Sequence record: PP856722.1
Length of the DNA stretch: 24,000 nt
Origin: Salmonella phage vB_SEnST11_KE23
Direction: 5' to 3' (one strand)
This document shows positions 1-8,152 of this stretch, piece by piece (the first letter of the stretch is position 1; every line of letters begins with the position of its first letter). The notes under the pieces are model-generated. The model was not told where the DNA came from, made no database searches, and was given only the letters and a program-made list of their open reading frames with translations. Both the position numbers and the translations under genes were made by a program.

Positions 1-1
1 T

Positions 2-55
2 CACCGAGGGATTTTAATAACCCTTGGGGTCGCGGAGAAATATCCGGGAATGTGA
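2..55 (+). CDS. C-terminal end of an upstream hypothetical protein (partial)
   Basis: Frame 2 is open from the window edge to TGA at 53-55, giving a GTGA overlap with the GTG start at 52, the same overlap style seen throughout the window. Confidence 0.3.
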   Translation, partial: HRGILITLGVAEKYPGM

Positions 56-654
56 AGTTCATTATCCGTGGTCACGGTAATGGTGACGGTTTGTTACAAG
101 GGGAGGTATGGCGCTTTACACCTCGCACAAGACAGTTTTTAAGATACATCCAACCGTTGATAAAAGGTCTTGGTTTAGGGTATGACCTGGTGATTGACCT
201 TGAGTACCAAAGAACTCCGAAGCATACTTATTCATCCACGCAGTCAAACTTTGAGTTGAGAAGGGTGGTAATGGTTTGTGGTCAACTTTTACTTGATTCA
301 GCATTGTCTCCGAAGACTTCTGCGTCTGACTTACACCATGTATGCTGGAGATTGGATCATTCTGTCCTACAAATAAAGCATCGAACTCTGAACACCAAAG
401 AGGCAAGAAAGGCATTCTTAGTTTGTAACAAGTATGAAACAATGCTTAAAATAGAGCTTGAGCAAGGTCTCCAAAACTTGATGTTGGGAGATACCCCAAC
501 ACCAGAAGAAGAGTTGATGATGGAAATGGCAGGTTATAAAAATGAATTTTGGCTTGACAACATCGATGGGTTCGATAAAATGCAGATAAAACCTTTTGAT
601 CTACAGGAGACCATAAAATGGTACGAGCAACAGCGTCAAATATTCAAAATTTAA
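52..654 (+). CDS. hypothetical phage protein
   Basis: 200 aa ORF with GTG start overlapping the preceding stop. Frame 1 is also open to position 1, so a start outside the window cannot be excluded. Confidence 0.7.
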   Translation: MKFIIRGHGNGDGLLQGEVWRFTPRTRQFLRYIQPLIKGLGLGYDLVIDLEYQRTPKHTYSSTQSNFELRRVVMVCGQLLLDSALSPKTSASDLHHVCWRLDHSVLQIKHRTLNTKEARKAFLVCNKYETMLKIELEQGLQNLMLGDTPTPEEELMMEMAGYKNEFWLDNIDGFDKMQIKPFDLQETIKWYEQQRQIFKI

Positions 655-1130
655 CTCCAGCCCAGGAGCTTGCCCTTGCTATCAAGATTGCTGCGGAAGG
701 ACATTTAAACCAGAAGGATAAAGGTGGCAACCCTTACATCCTGCATCCTCTGAAGGTTATGCACTACCTCAAAACGGATGACTTTCAACTGATGGCTATC
801 GCTGCACTGCACGATGTGTTGGAAGACACGGATGTCACTGCTGCTGATCTTGTTATGCTGGGATTCTCCAACCGCGTTAAAGATGCTGTTGTGATCCTGA
901 CAAAGAAGGAAGGGCAAAGCCCAGAGGAGTATTTTGAAAATATTGCATTGAATTACGACGCTGTGCGTGTAAAGCTTGCAGATCTTCGACACAATTCTGA
1001 TGTTCGCCGTTTGAAAGGACTTAGTGATAAGGATTTGCTTCGTTTGCGTAAGTATCAAAACATGTACACACGACTCACAGAGGTCAAGAACATGCATGAG
1101 AACATCCTGAGTATGGGGGTGGCATTATAA
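618..1130 (+). CDS. HD-domain protein, SpoT/Mesh1-like (p)ppGpp hydrolase-like
   Basis: Motifs 'A.EGHLNQKDKGGNPYILHPLKV' and 'AIAALHDVLEDTDVT' are typical of the RelA/SpoT/Mesh1 HD hydrolase domain. Confidence 0.85.
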   Translation: MVRATASNIQNLTPAQELALAIKIAAEGHLNQKDKGGNPYILHPLKVMHYLKTDDFQLMAIAALHDVLEDTDVTAADLVMLGFSNRVKDAVVILTKKEGQSPEEYFENIALNYDAVRVKLADLRHNSDVRRLKGLSDKDLLRLRKYQNMYTRLTEVKNMHENILSMGVAL

Positions 1131-1405
1131 TGGATACTATGACACTGCGCTTTGCAGCAATATTTTGCATAATTCTGGTGTTCATGCTGGTCATACCTTT
1201 TATAGTGTTCTTCCTAATGAACAAAAAGTATGGCAACCGGATGCCGGGTAAGGTTGCTGTTGTGTTTATTTTCTGTATGATCACTTACTTGGTTCTGTTT
1301 TTCAATTTTTCACACATGCTTATTCCTACTGCATGGCAGTTGCAACCAACAGAGGTGTACAAGTGTGAATGGAAGACAATTTATGTTGAAAAGACAGGAG
1401 ATTGA
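1130..1405 (+). CDS. small membrane protein, two predicted TM segments
   Basis: Hydrophobic stretches 'LRFAAIFCIILVFMLVIPFIVFFLM' and 'VAVVFIFCMITYLVLFF'; overlaps neighbours at start and stop. Confidence 0.7.
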   Translation: MDTMTLRFAAIFCIILVFMLVIPFIVFFLMNKKYGNRMPGKVAVVFIFCMITYLVLFFNFSHMLIPTAWQLQPTEVYKCEWKTIYVEKTGD

Positions 1406-1908
1406 ACATGAAAATCAAAACAAGCCAAGAAATGTTTGATGCACTTGTTGAGAAAAATGCATCCTCAGAGCGTATTTTAGAGGTTATGATGAAACGTGCT
1501 GATCGTCATCTTGAATATTATCAAAGCGCAAAGAAGCAGTTACTTAAATTAAAGGCTGAACACCGCAACCTCCTTTTCTCAACGGGGCGCTTGATCACAG
1601 TGACTGTCGATCATATGGCGCAAGACAATTATGGTGCTTATGTGTGGTACAAAAACAGCATGTACCGCTACGAAGGGGATGGTATCTGGAAGAAATACCC
1701 TAACAAAAATAACCAATGTCCACACCACATGGCTCGTCATATTCACAGCAAGTTCAAGGTGAATTTGTTGTTGTCGGATGAAGATATGCCGGAAGTTTTC
1801 ATTGGTAAGTGTACAGGGAATGTTCTCGGCAAAAAGATTATTATGGCTGATGGTCATATGATTGGTTATGGTGATGAATTTGAATTGAGGAAGGTGAAAA
1901 ATGGCTAA
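1402..1908 (+). CDS. hypothetical protein
   Basis: 168 aa ORF with ATGA overlap with the upstream gene. Confidence 0.7.
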   Translation: MNMKIKTSQEMFDALVEKNASSERILEVMMKRADRHLEYYQSAKKQLLKLKAEHRNLLFSTGRLITVTVDHMAQDNYGAYVWYKNSMYRYEGDGIWKKYPNKNNQCPHHMARHIHSKFKVNLLLSDEDMPEVFIGKCTGNVLGKKIIMADGHMIGYGDEFELRKVKNG

Positions 1909-2281
1909 TTGGAAACAAACATTCCGGATCGACGACATCTGGAAGAAAAGAAATGGTGAATGCGGTCCTGAAGACTGGACAGATAAGACAGTTCATGAGC
2001 TTGCGAAGGAGATCGCTCGACGTATACAGCGTAAGTTTCCTCAGCGAATGCTTGACGGCGACGATTGTGATTTCAATTTGGTCGAAATTTACGATTGGTT
2101 CATGGCAGTTCCTACACCGGGCGAGTATAAGTTTATGCTTACTCAGATTCTTCAGGATGAAAACGCAAGTGATGATGAGTATATGGAGTGGTCAAAACGA
2201 ACACCGTTGGTAGAATTCAACGAAGGAATGTCGCTGCTTTACGACTGGTGTGACCGCAACTTGGTGTGGGTGCAAAAGTGA
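1901..2281 (+). CDS. hypothetical protein
   Basis: 126 aa ORF in the overlapping operon. Confidence 0.7.
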   Translation: MANWKQTFRIDDIWKKRNGECGPEDWTDKTVHELAKEIARRIQRKFPQRMLDGDDCDFNLVEIYDWFMAVPTPGEYKFMLTQILQDENASDDEYMEWSKRTPLVEFNEGMSLLYDWCDRNLVWVQK

Positions 2282-2520
2282 AACCGTTAGATTTCTCCGA
2301 CATGGCGGCAGTTCGTTTGCCGCTTTTTCGGTATCGTATGACTCGTCGTGCATGGTATGCAGTCTTTGGCGCAAATAAGATAAACCCGGATGAAGAATTA
2401 TTCACCGAAGACCTTGCTTTGAGGATTCATACCCTATACAATGACATTGACCCCGAAGAGATTGGGGATATGATTGACAACTATCTTGAACAAAGGAGAC
2501 ACACGAATGTCGAGTCGTAA
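2278..2520 (+). CDS. hypothetical protein
   Basis: GTG start at 2278 gives a 4-nt GTGA overlap with the upstream stop, preferred over the 2266 start in the ORF track. Confidence 0.6.
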   Translation: MKPLDFSDMAAVRLPLFRYRMTRRAWYAVFGANKINPDEELFTEDLALRIHTLYNDIDPEEIGDMIDNYLEQRRHTNVES

Positions 2521-3715
2521 TATTTTTGATGATAACCGTATCACTCTGCGTGACGTACCTGATCTGGTAAAGTTCTGCCAACGTCGCAACAAGGCGCTGA
2601 TGATGTTTGGTGGTGCTGGCTTGGGTAAAAGCCAAATCATCAAGCAGGTTGCGAATATGCTGTTTGGTGAACGAGACGATAACCTTGTAGACTTCCGTCT
2701 TGCAGATAAAGAGCCGTCTGATGTGGTTGGTGTACAGATCCCTGTGACAGATGATAACGGCATCACTCGTACTGTGTATGCTATTCCTGACTTCTGGCCT
2801 CAAGACCCGGACTGGAAAGGCATTGTATTCCTTGATGAACTGCTCCATGCTGAACCTTATCTCCAGAAGGTGGCGTACCAGATCATGCTTGATCACCGTA
2901 TCGGCACATACACGTTCCCGAAAGGCACGGTCTTTGTTGGCGCAGGTAACCGTCCTGGTGATGGCACTGCGGTAAGTATGCTGGAAGCACCTCTGGCTAA
3001 CCGTATGGTACTGGTTGAACTGGATTATGATGCAAGCGTATGGCTGCAAGACTATGCACTGCATAACGATGTTCACCACAACGTTGTTGCATTTATTGGT
3101 GCAAACCCCGGTAAACTGGAAAACTATGAGGAGATGCTTGAAATCAACTCTCCTTCATACGCGACACCACGAACATGGGTTACTGCCAGTGATGCACTGT
3201 ACGACTACGACGCAGGGCTTCTGTCTGCTCGCCTGACAAAAGCTGCCCTTCAGGGTTCCATCGGCAAGCCGTTAACTGAAGAGTTGTGGTATTATCACAC
3301 TCGTGTTGCGAATATGGTTCCGATTGAATCCATTATGGATGGTTCTATTACGAAACATACAGGATCTGATGCGTCTGATGTGTTATGGACTCTTGGTTCT
3401 CAGGGTTCGATCTGGTTGCGTAAAGCAATGCAGAACACGAATTATACCGACGACCAGATTATCGAGTTTGCTTCAAACTTCCTGAAGTATATGTACGAAA
3501 ACTTTGGTAAACACGACACATCTTCTAACCGTGACTTTGTGAGTTCTATCTTCTTGTCTTTCATCCAGGAGAACTCATTCGGTAAGGCGATCCTTCGTGA
3601 TGGTAATCGTGAGCGTTTACCTGCTAAACTGCTGGCAAAATACCCAGTTGTAATGCAGATTATTCAGGAGTACAACGCCAACTTTGGTGAAGATGTTGAT
3701 AAAATAATCGCATAA
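2507..3715 (+). CDS. MoxR-like AAA+ ATPase
   Basis: Walker A 'MMFGGAGLGKSQI', Walker B 'GIVFLDELLHA', sensor region 'FVGAGNRPGDG'. ATG at 2507 has AAAGGAG upstream (2492-2498). Confidence 0.85.
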   Translation: MSSRNIFDDNRITLRDVPDLVKFCQRRNKALMMFGGAGLGKSQIIKQVANMLFGERDDNLVDFRLADKEPSDVVGVQIPVTDDNGITRTVYAIPDFWPQDPDWKGIVFLDELLHAEPYLQKVAYQIMLDHRIGTYTFPKGTVFVGAGNRPGDGTAVSMLEAPLANRMVLVELDYDASVWLQDYALHNDVHHNVVAFIGANPGKLENYEEMLEINSPSYATPRTWVTASDALYDYDAGLLSARLTKAALQGSIGKPLTEELWYYHTRVANMVPIESIMDGSITKHTGSDASDVLWTLGSQGSIWLRKAMQNTNYTDDQIIEFASNFLKYMYENFGKHDTSSNRDFVSSIFLSFIQENSFGKAILRDGNRERLPAKLLAKYPVVMQIIQEYNANFGEDVDKIIA

Positions 3716-3718
3716 GTG

Positions 3719-3747
3719 TTGACAGCCTCTTCGGGGGCTGTTATTCT
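3719..3747 (+). promoter_or_regulatory. possible sigma70 promoter overlapping the terminator
   Basis: TTGACA (3719-3724), 17 nt, TATTCT (3742-3747). Confidence 0.4.
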
Positions 3748-3749
3748 TT
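3722..3749 (+). terminator. intrinsic terminator after the MoxR-like gene
   Basis: ACAGCCTC-TTCG-GGGGCTGT (8-bp stem with one G-U, UUCG tetraloop) followed by TATTCTTT. Confidence 0.7.
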
Positions 3750-3780
3750 GTGCATACAAACAAAGAGAGGATATACTCAA

Positions 3781-4119
3781 ATGCAAATCACAGAAACTTT
3801 AAACGACCAACAACGCCTGATGTCGCTGGCTGACAAGCAAATGCTTCGCAAGTGCTATCCAATCTTTAATGAGATTGAGTCAGAGGGATATGATGTTGAA
3901 TTTTACTACGTCGATGGGTTTGGTGGCTTAACTATCGTTCCAAGTGTGAACCGTGTCCGTGTTAAGGTTAATCCGGCAGTATTGTCTGACTACGATGATT
4001 GTCTGAAGTTCGCACACAAGGTGCGTCAGTCATTCGAATCACGCCTGACAAACCCGAAATTTCTTGCTGGTAAGAAAGTCTCTAATGGCTTTAAACATAA
4101 GGGGAAATACAGTGTCTAA
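3781..4119 (+). CDS. hypothetical protein
   Basis: ATG at 3781 preceded by AGAGAGGATA; ORF track start 3748 is upstream of this RBS. Confidence 0.7.
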   Translation: MQITETLNDQQRLMSLADKQMLRKCYPIFNEIESEGYDVEFYYVDGFGGLTIVPSVNRVRVKVNPAVLSDYDDCLKFAHKVRQSFESRLTNPKFLAGKKVSNGFKHKGKYSV

Positions 4120-4303
4120 ATTAACATGGGAACAGGCTGTTGGTGCTATGATTGAAGGTAAGCGTGTTCGTAATGAATACTTCACCGATGATGAGTTCTT
4201 TGAAATGAAGAATGGCAAGATTGTCTGTGAGATGGGTTATCCTATGGCAAACTGGTATCGTGGTGAACCGTGGCAAGATAAAGGTTGGAGTGTGGTCGAA
4301 TGA
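4112..4303 (+). CDS. small protein, possible distant DUF2829/Tad2-like fold
   Basis: GTG start at 4112. 'LTWEQAVGAMIEGKRVRNEYFTDDEFFEMKNG...GEPWQDKGWSVVE' resembles the 'F.eAl..lk.GkkV.R...W...' pattern; assignment is tentative. Confidence 0.6.
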   Translation: MSKLTWEQAVGAMIEGKRVRNEYFTDDEFFEMKNGKIVCEMGYPMANWYRGEPWQDKGWSVVE

Positions 4304-4452
4304 TTTATAAGAACCAGTTCCGTAACGTATGGCGCAAGTTCGTTAATGGTAAGGGCTACGTGTCTGGTGACCAAGGTATTACGTGGACAGAGAACGGCGC
4401 TCCTGAAGACCTGATTAAGCGTTTACCTTATTACGTGGAGAGCAAAGCATGA
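4300..4452 (+). CDS. small hypothetical protein (50 aa, absent from the ORF track)
   Basis: ATG at 4300 overlaps the TGA at 4301-4303 and ends TGA 4450-4452 overlapping the next ATG at 4449: MIYKNQFRNVWRKFVNGKGYVSGDQGITWTENGAPEDLIKRLPYYVESKA. Confidence 0.65.
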   Translation: MIYKNQFRNVWRKFVNGKGYVSGDQGITWTENGAPEDLIKRLPYYVESKA

Positions 4453-4742
4453 GTTGTAAACCAGGTTTCGGTTATATCTACATAAAAGATTTCACAGGTG
4501 ATGATCGTCTTGTGAGGCTAGGCACCCTAGATATTGAGGATATACAATCTCAATATAGCCCAAAGATTCCTAACTGTTATATCAGAACGAATGATGGTTT
4601 CTGCGAGAGCGGTTGGACAGCGGGTGAAAGCGCAGGAGCAATACTTGTCAAGATTGCACAACACGATAAGGAATACTTGCGATATGTGCGTGACTTTGCA
4701 GAACGTAACAAGATCATCTTAATGAAGGGAGAATTATGGTAA
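4449..4742 (+). CDS. hypothetical protein
   Basis: 97 aa ORF overlapping both neighbours. Confidence 0.65.
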   Translation: MSCKPGFGYIYIKDFTGDDRLVRLGTLDIEDIQSQYSPKIPNCYIRTNDGFCESGWTAGESAGAILVKIAQHDKEYLRYVRDFAERNKIILMKGELW

Positions 4743-4939
4743 ACTCAGAATCAACACCTATCCCAAGCTATGCGGATGTTATGACAGCAGAACAATGGGA
4801 ATGCTCAGTCCGTTGTGGGGCGTTCATCCCCGATGATGGGATAGGCTACTGGTGTCGTGACGACAAACATGAATCCTGCGTCAGTTGCTGGACACCAAAA
4901 CCAGAATGGGCTACACACGTTGCATGGTACAATCGGTAA
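4736..4939 (+). CDS. small Cys-rich hypothetical protein
   Basis: 'CSVRCGAFIPDDGIGYWCRDDKHESCVSC', possible metal-binding cysteines. Confidence 0.6.
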   Translation: MVNSESTPIPSYADVMTAEQWECSVRCGAFIPDDGIGYWCRDDKHESCVSCWTPKPEWATHVAWYNR

Positions 4940-5115
4940 TGGCTAAGTTTAAATTTCCGAAGAAAGACCTCAACGAGGTTTGGTGGATAGAGCGCCATGA
5001 TATGGTAATGGCTGGATACACTTATCAACGGAAGCGGGTGTTTGTTGTGTGTGCAAAAACAAAAGATGATGCTCGCGAAAGTATGCAACAATTTATTGAA
5101 AGGAGTTGTGAATAA
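4939..5115 (+). CDS. small hypothetical protein
   Basis: ATG at 4939 (TAATG overlap), in frame with the longer 4885 ORF. Confidence 0.6.
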   Translation: MAKFKFPKKDLNEVWWIERHDMVMAGYTYQRKRVFVVCAKTKDDARESMQQFIERSCE

Positions 5116-5609
5116 TGAGCTTCAAATACAAAGTTGGGGATCTGATCGAAGCTGCCAAGAGCGGTGAGGTTGATGTTATCGCCCACGGCTGTAACTGCTT
5201 CTGTACAATGGGGAGTGGTATTGCACCACTTATCAAAGAAGCCTTCCCCAAAATGTATGCTGCGGATCTGAAAACCGAGAAGGGTGACCGTACCAAACTC
5301 GGTGGCTATACATGGGCTGTTATGAATGGCGGAACTCTGGCAGGTTTTAATCTGTACTCACAATATGGTTATAATCGCCGTAAACAGGGCCTGAGAGACC
5401 TTGATTATAACGCACTGTATGATTCGATGGATGCAATGAAGAAGTGCTTACAGGCGCATACAGACGGTTCTATGATGGATCGCAAGATCGGCCTCCCAAA
5501 AATTGGTGCTGGACTGGCAGGCGGTGACTGGAACGTCATTGAAGCAATGATCAAATCAATCTTCCACGATTGTGATGTGACGGTGTATATTTTGCCGGAG
5601 AAAAAATGA
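5115..5609 (+). CDS. macro-domain (ADP-ribose-binding / phosphatase-like) protein
   Basis: 'DVIAHGCNCFCTMGSGIAPLIKEAFP', 'RKIGLPKIGAGLAGGDWNVIEAMIKSIF', 'DVTVYILP' match Appr-1''-p processing macro domains. Confidence 0.9.
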   Translation: MSFKYKVGDLIEAAKSGEVDVIAHGCNCFCTMGSGIAPLIKEAFPKMYAADLKTEKGDRTKLGGYTWAVMNGGTLAGFNLYSQYGYNRRKQGLRDLDYNALYDSMDAMKKCLQAHTDGSMMDRKIGLPKIGAGLAGGDWNVIEAMIKSIFHDCDVTVYILPEKK

Positions 5610-5797
5610 TGGTAGGAATTATCTATCTTTTGATAGCATTCGTTGGGTCCTACATCTTCATCAAGAGGGCGCAGAGAGTCTTCTGGAGGGTCGATACCTC
5701 AGATCTCTTTGCTGCTATATGCGTGGGCTTACTCTGGCCTGTGTACTTCACTAATCTTGTGGTACTGCGAATTATCAACGGAGATTGGAATGATTGA
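5606..5797 (+). CDS. small membrane protein
   Basis: 'MVGIIYLLIAFVGSYIFI' and 'LFAAICVGLLWPVYFTNLVVL' hydrophobic segments. Confidence 0.65.
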   Translation: MMVGIIYLLIAFVGSYIFIKRAQRVFWRVDTSDLFAAICVGLLWPVYFTNLVVLRIINGDWND

Positions 5798-6002
5798 ACT
5801 ATTCCCAGGAATGAAAGTCCATGCTAAAAGTGTGGATGTCTATGCAACAGACGGGACTGTATTTACGTACAGTGCTCCTCGTGGCAAAAAATTTGCACTC
5901 ATCTTAATGACAGATGAAGATCCTAGAGATGATGTTGACAATCTCGTAAAGGCTAATGAGTGGATTGAATCCCTTGGGTGGAAACACGAGGGGGATGCCT
6001 GA
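5790..6002 (+). CDS. hypothetical protein
   Basis: ATG at 5790 overlaps the end of the previous gene; in frame with the longer 5643 ORF. Confidence 0.6.
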   Translation: MIELFPGMKVHAKSVDVYATDGTVFTYSAPRGKKFALILMTDEDPRDDVDNLVKANEWIESLGWKHEGDA

Positions 6003-6202
6003 TGGAAGAAATTTACGTTATCATTGATACCCACAATGCAACCTTCTGGAAGTCTGCCAACGACAAGACATCCTGGTCTTCCGCTGGCACAGCCAAAACT
6101 GCATTCGGTTCAAGTAAGTATAACCCGCTACGGTGCCTGTACGGACAACAGGACCGATTTAAACTTGCAAGAGTAACAACCGCAGGGGTGGTTTATGAGT
6201 AA
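6002..6202 (+). CDS. small protein, paralog of the next gene
   Basis: MEEIYVIIDTHNATFWKSANDKTSWSSAGTAKTAF... shares spacing and residues with 6195..6425. Confidence 0.65.
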   Translation: MEEIYVIIDTHNATFWKSANDKTSWSSAGTAKTAFGSSKYNPLRCLYGQQDRFKLARVTTAGVVYE

Positions 6203-6425
6203 TTCTGTATTCGTTATTTACGACACTGTGGACAAGTGCCTCTGGAACTCCGGTGCTAAGGTTGGCTGGATCAAGAGTGGCGCTGCAAAGAACGCATGGA
6301 ACCTTGCAAATGGATCATGGAATGGCAAAAAATACTTTGACAACCAGACACGTTATGTTATCGTTGAGTTGTCTGGTGAACATGTTGGGAAATTTTTAGA
6401 GGAGAAAAATAATGTCACTGAGTAA
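6195..6425 (+). CDS. small protein, paralog of the previous gene
   Basis: MSNSVFVIYDTVDKCLWNSGAKVGWIKSGAAKNAWN... Confidence 0.65.
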   Translation: MSNSVFVIYDTVDKCLWNSGAKVGWIKSGAAKNAWNLANGSWNGKKYFDNQTRYVIVELSGEHVGKFLEEKNNVTE

Positions 6426-6756
6426 ATCTGAGACTGGTATTGCCCCTGCAACCGAAACCCTGATCGGTGGAAAGCAATATGCAGGTGTGATTGTAAATGC
6501 TCGTCCGTTTGTTGAAGTGTGGCCCCGCTGCATTTGTGGGTATTTGGCGGGGCGTGATCATCACAACCGTGGGTTCGACAACGGGCCGATCCGTACATCC
6601 ACTGTTGATCGTCTGATCATTGAAGGCCACAGCATTTATGCTATCACCCAGAACAGTGCATACCGTCTGGATAGTATGAATCTGTTGATGTTTGTTGACT
6701 GCCCTGAGTGGCTGGAAGACATCGAAAATCTAATCAAAGAAGCTAAAGGAGTCTGA
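6412..6756 (+). CDS. hypothetical protein
   Basis: 114 aa ORF, overlapping operon structure. Confidence 0.65.
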   Translation: MSLSKSETGIAPATETLIGGKQYAGVIVNARPFVEVWPRCICGYLAGRDHHNRGFDNGPIRTSTVDRLIIEGHSIYAITQNSAYRLDSMNLLMFVDCPEWLEDIENLIKEAKGV

Positions 6757-6757
6757 A

Positions 6758-7795
6758 TTGACTAAAGCTATCAAATACCCAAGCACACATCAGTTCCGTC
6801 AAGTCATCCGTACCGTGCATGATAAGCTGACCTTTGATGGGATTGATGAAGATGGGAACGTAAAGCGTAAGCTTGTTGATCCATCAGCATTCCTGATCCC
6901 GTACATCGGGACAGTAAAGATCCACGGGACAAATGGGAGCATTGTATTCCACTCTGAAGATGAAATCGTGTTCCAGTCTAAAGAGCGGGTTTTATCTCTT
7001 CAACAGGATAATAGTGGCTTCATGGCGTTTATGGTACGCAAAGATACTGCTTCCCTGCTTGAACAGGTAAAACACATTTGTGAAATCTCTGGAATCGCTT
7101 TTGAATTCCCAGTTGAAATCGCAGGGGAATGGGCTGGACGTGGAATCCAGAAAGGTGTTGCAGTGTCAGAAGTGGAGCCTTTCTTTACCATTTTCCGTAT
7201 CGCTGTAGGGAAAACAGAAACATCCCTGAAATGGTTACCACCAACAACCATTTTCGGTGTTGGTCTGCCGGATCAGCGTATTTACAACGTCCTGGCTTTC
7301 AGTTACTGGATGATCGACATTCCATTTAACGAGCCAGAGAAGGTCCAAAACGAACTGGCAAGCCTCACAAGCCAAGTAGAAGCAGAATGTCCTGTCGGTA
7401 AGTTCTTTGGGGTAAATGGTGTTGGTGAAGGGCTTGTCTGGTCACCAAAAGACGTTTCTCTTGCACAAGACTCTGGTCTCTGGTTTAAGGTTAAAGGCGA
7501 GAAGCACTCTGTCTCTAAAGTGAAAACGCTTGCTCAAGTAGACCCTGAGCGCCTCGCAAGTATTCAGGACTTCGTTGCTTATGCTGTGACAGAAAACCGC
7601 CTTGAGCAAGGTCTTGCTGAAGTTGGTCTGGGGCAGGATAAGATCGGGGAGTTCATTGGTTGGGTCAGCCGCGACATCAACAAAGAAGAAGGTGATGTTC
7701 TTGAGGCCAACGCCCTGACCATGAAAGATGTTGCAAAATTCATCAGCAACAAATCTCGTGGTTGGTACATGAAAAAGATGAATGAGGATCTGTAA
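6758..7795 (+). CDS. RNA ligase (Rnl2-like nucleotidyltransferase)
   Basis: Motif I 'TVKIHGTNGSIV', motif III-like 'FTIFRI', motif IV-like 'IAGEWAG.GIQ', motif V 'GLWFKVKGEKHS'. TTG start. Confidence 0.85.
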   Translation: MTKAIKYPSTHQFRQVIRTVHDKLTFDGIDEDGNVKRKLVDPSAFLIPYIGTVKIHGTNGSIVFHSEDEIVFQSKERVLSLQQDNSGFMAFMVRKDTASLLEQVKHICEISGIAFEFPVEIAGEWAGRGIQKGVAVSEVEPFFTIFRIAVGKTETSLKWLPPTTIFGVGLPDQRIYNVLAFSYWMIDIPFNEPEKVQNELASLTSQVEAECPVGKFFGVNGVGEGLVWSPKDVSLAQDSGLWFKVKGEKHSVSKVKTLAQVDPERLASIQDFVAYAVTENRLEQGLAEVGLGQDKIGEFIGWVSRDINKEEGDVLEANALTMKDVAKFISNKSRGWYMKKMNEDL

Positions 7796-7989
7796 TGGCG
7801 CTTATTGTGTGCATCACCAAAGCGGTTAAGGAACATCCTATCAAGGCCGCTTGTGAAACTTTAATCTTTGAAGATGAAGAAATGGGTAGACAATACGTCA
7901 AGGATCATGAGACATTTGTCATCTCTGTAGAAAAGGCGACGAGGGTCATAAAGTATGTCAATACCAGAACCGAAGTTCAAAGTTGGTGA
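7795..7989 (+). CDS. small hypothetical protein
   Basis: 64 aa ORF overlapping the RNA ligase stop. Confidence 0.55.
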   Translation: MALIVCITKAVKEHPIKAACETLIFEDEEMGRQYVKDHETFVISVEKATRVIKYVNTRTEVQSW

Positions 7990-8152
7990 CGTTGTTAGAG
8001 ACACAAATACTGGCAAGATAAAAGCAATCTCCGCTATGTATTGGTCTGAAGGTGATGAACACAATAAGGCAGAGTGGGCTTACTCAATAGACCATTTGGG
8101 ATGGTTGTTTATTGGGGAATCTGATCTGGAGGCTACAAATGGGCTTTCGTGA
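7955..8152 (+). CDS. small hypothetical protein
   Basis: 'FKVGDVVRDTNTGKIKAI...' SH3-like KOW/'GDVV' pattern. Confidence 0.55.
   Translation: MSIPEPKFKVGDVVRDTNTGKIKAISAMYWSEGDEHNKAEWAYSIDHLGWLFIGESDLEATNGLS

Noticed and set aside
2507-3715. MoxR-VWA type ternary or conflict system
   Set aside because: No von Willebrand A-domain partner is visible in the flanking genes in this window; a partner could lie outside it.
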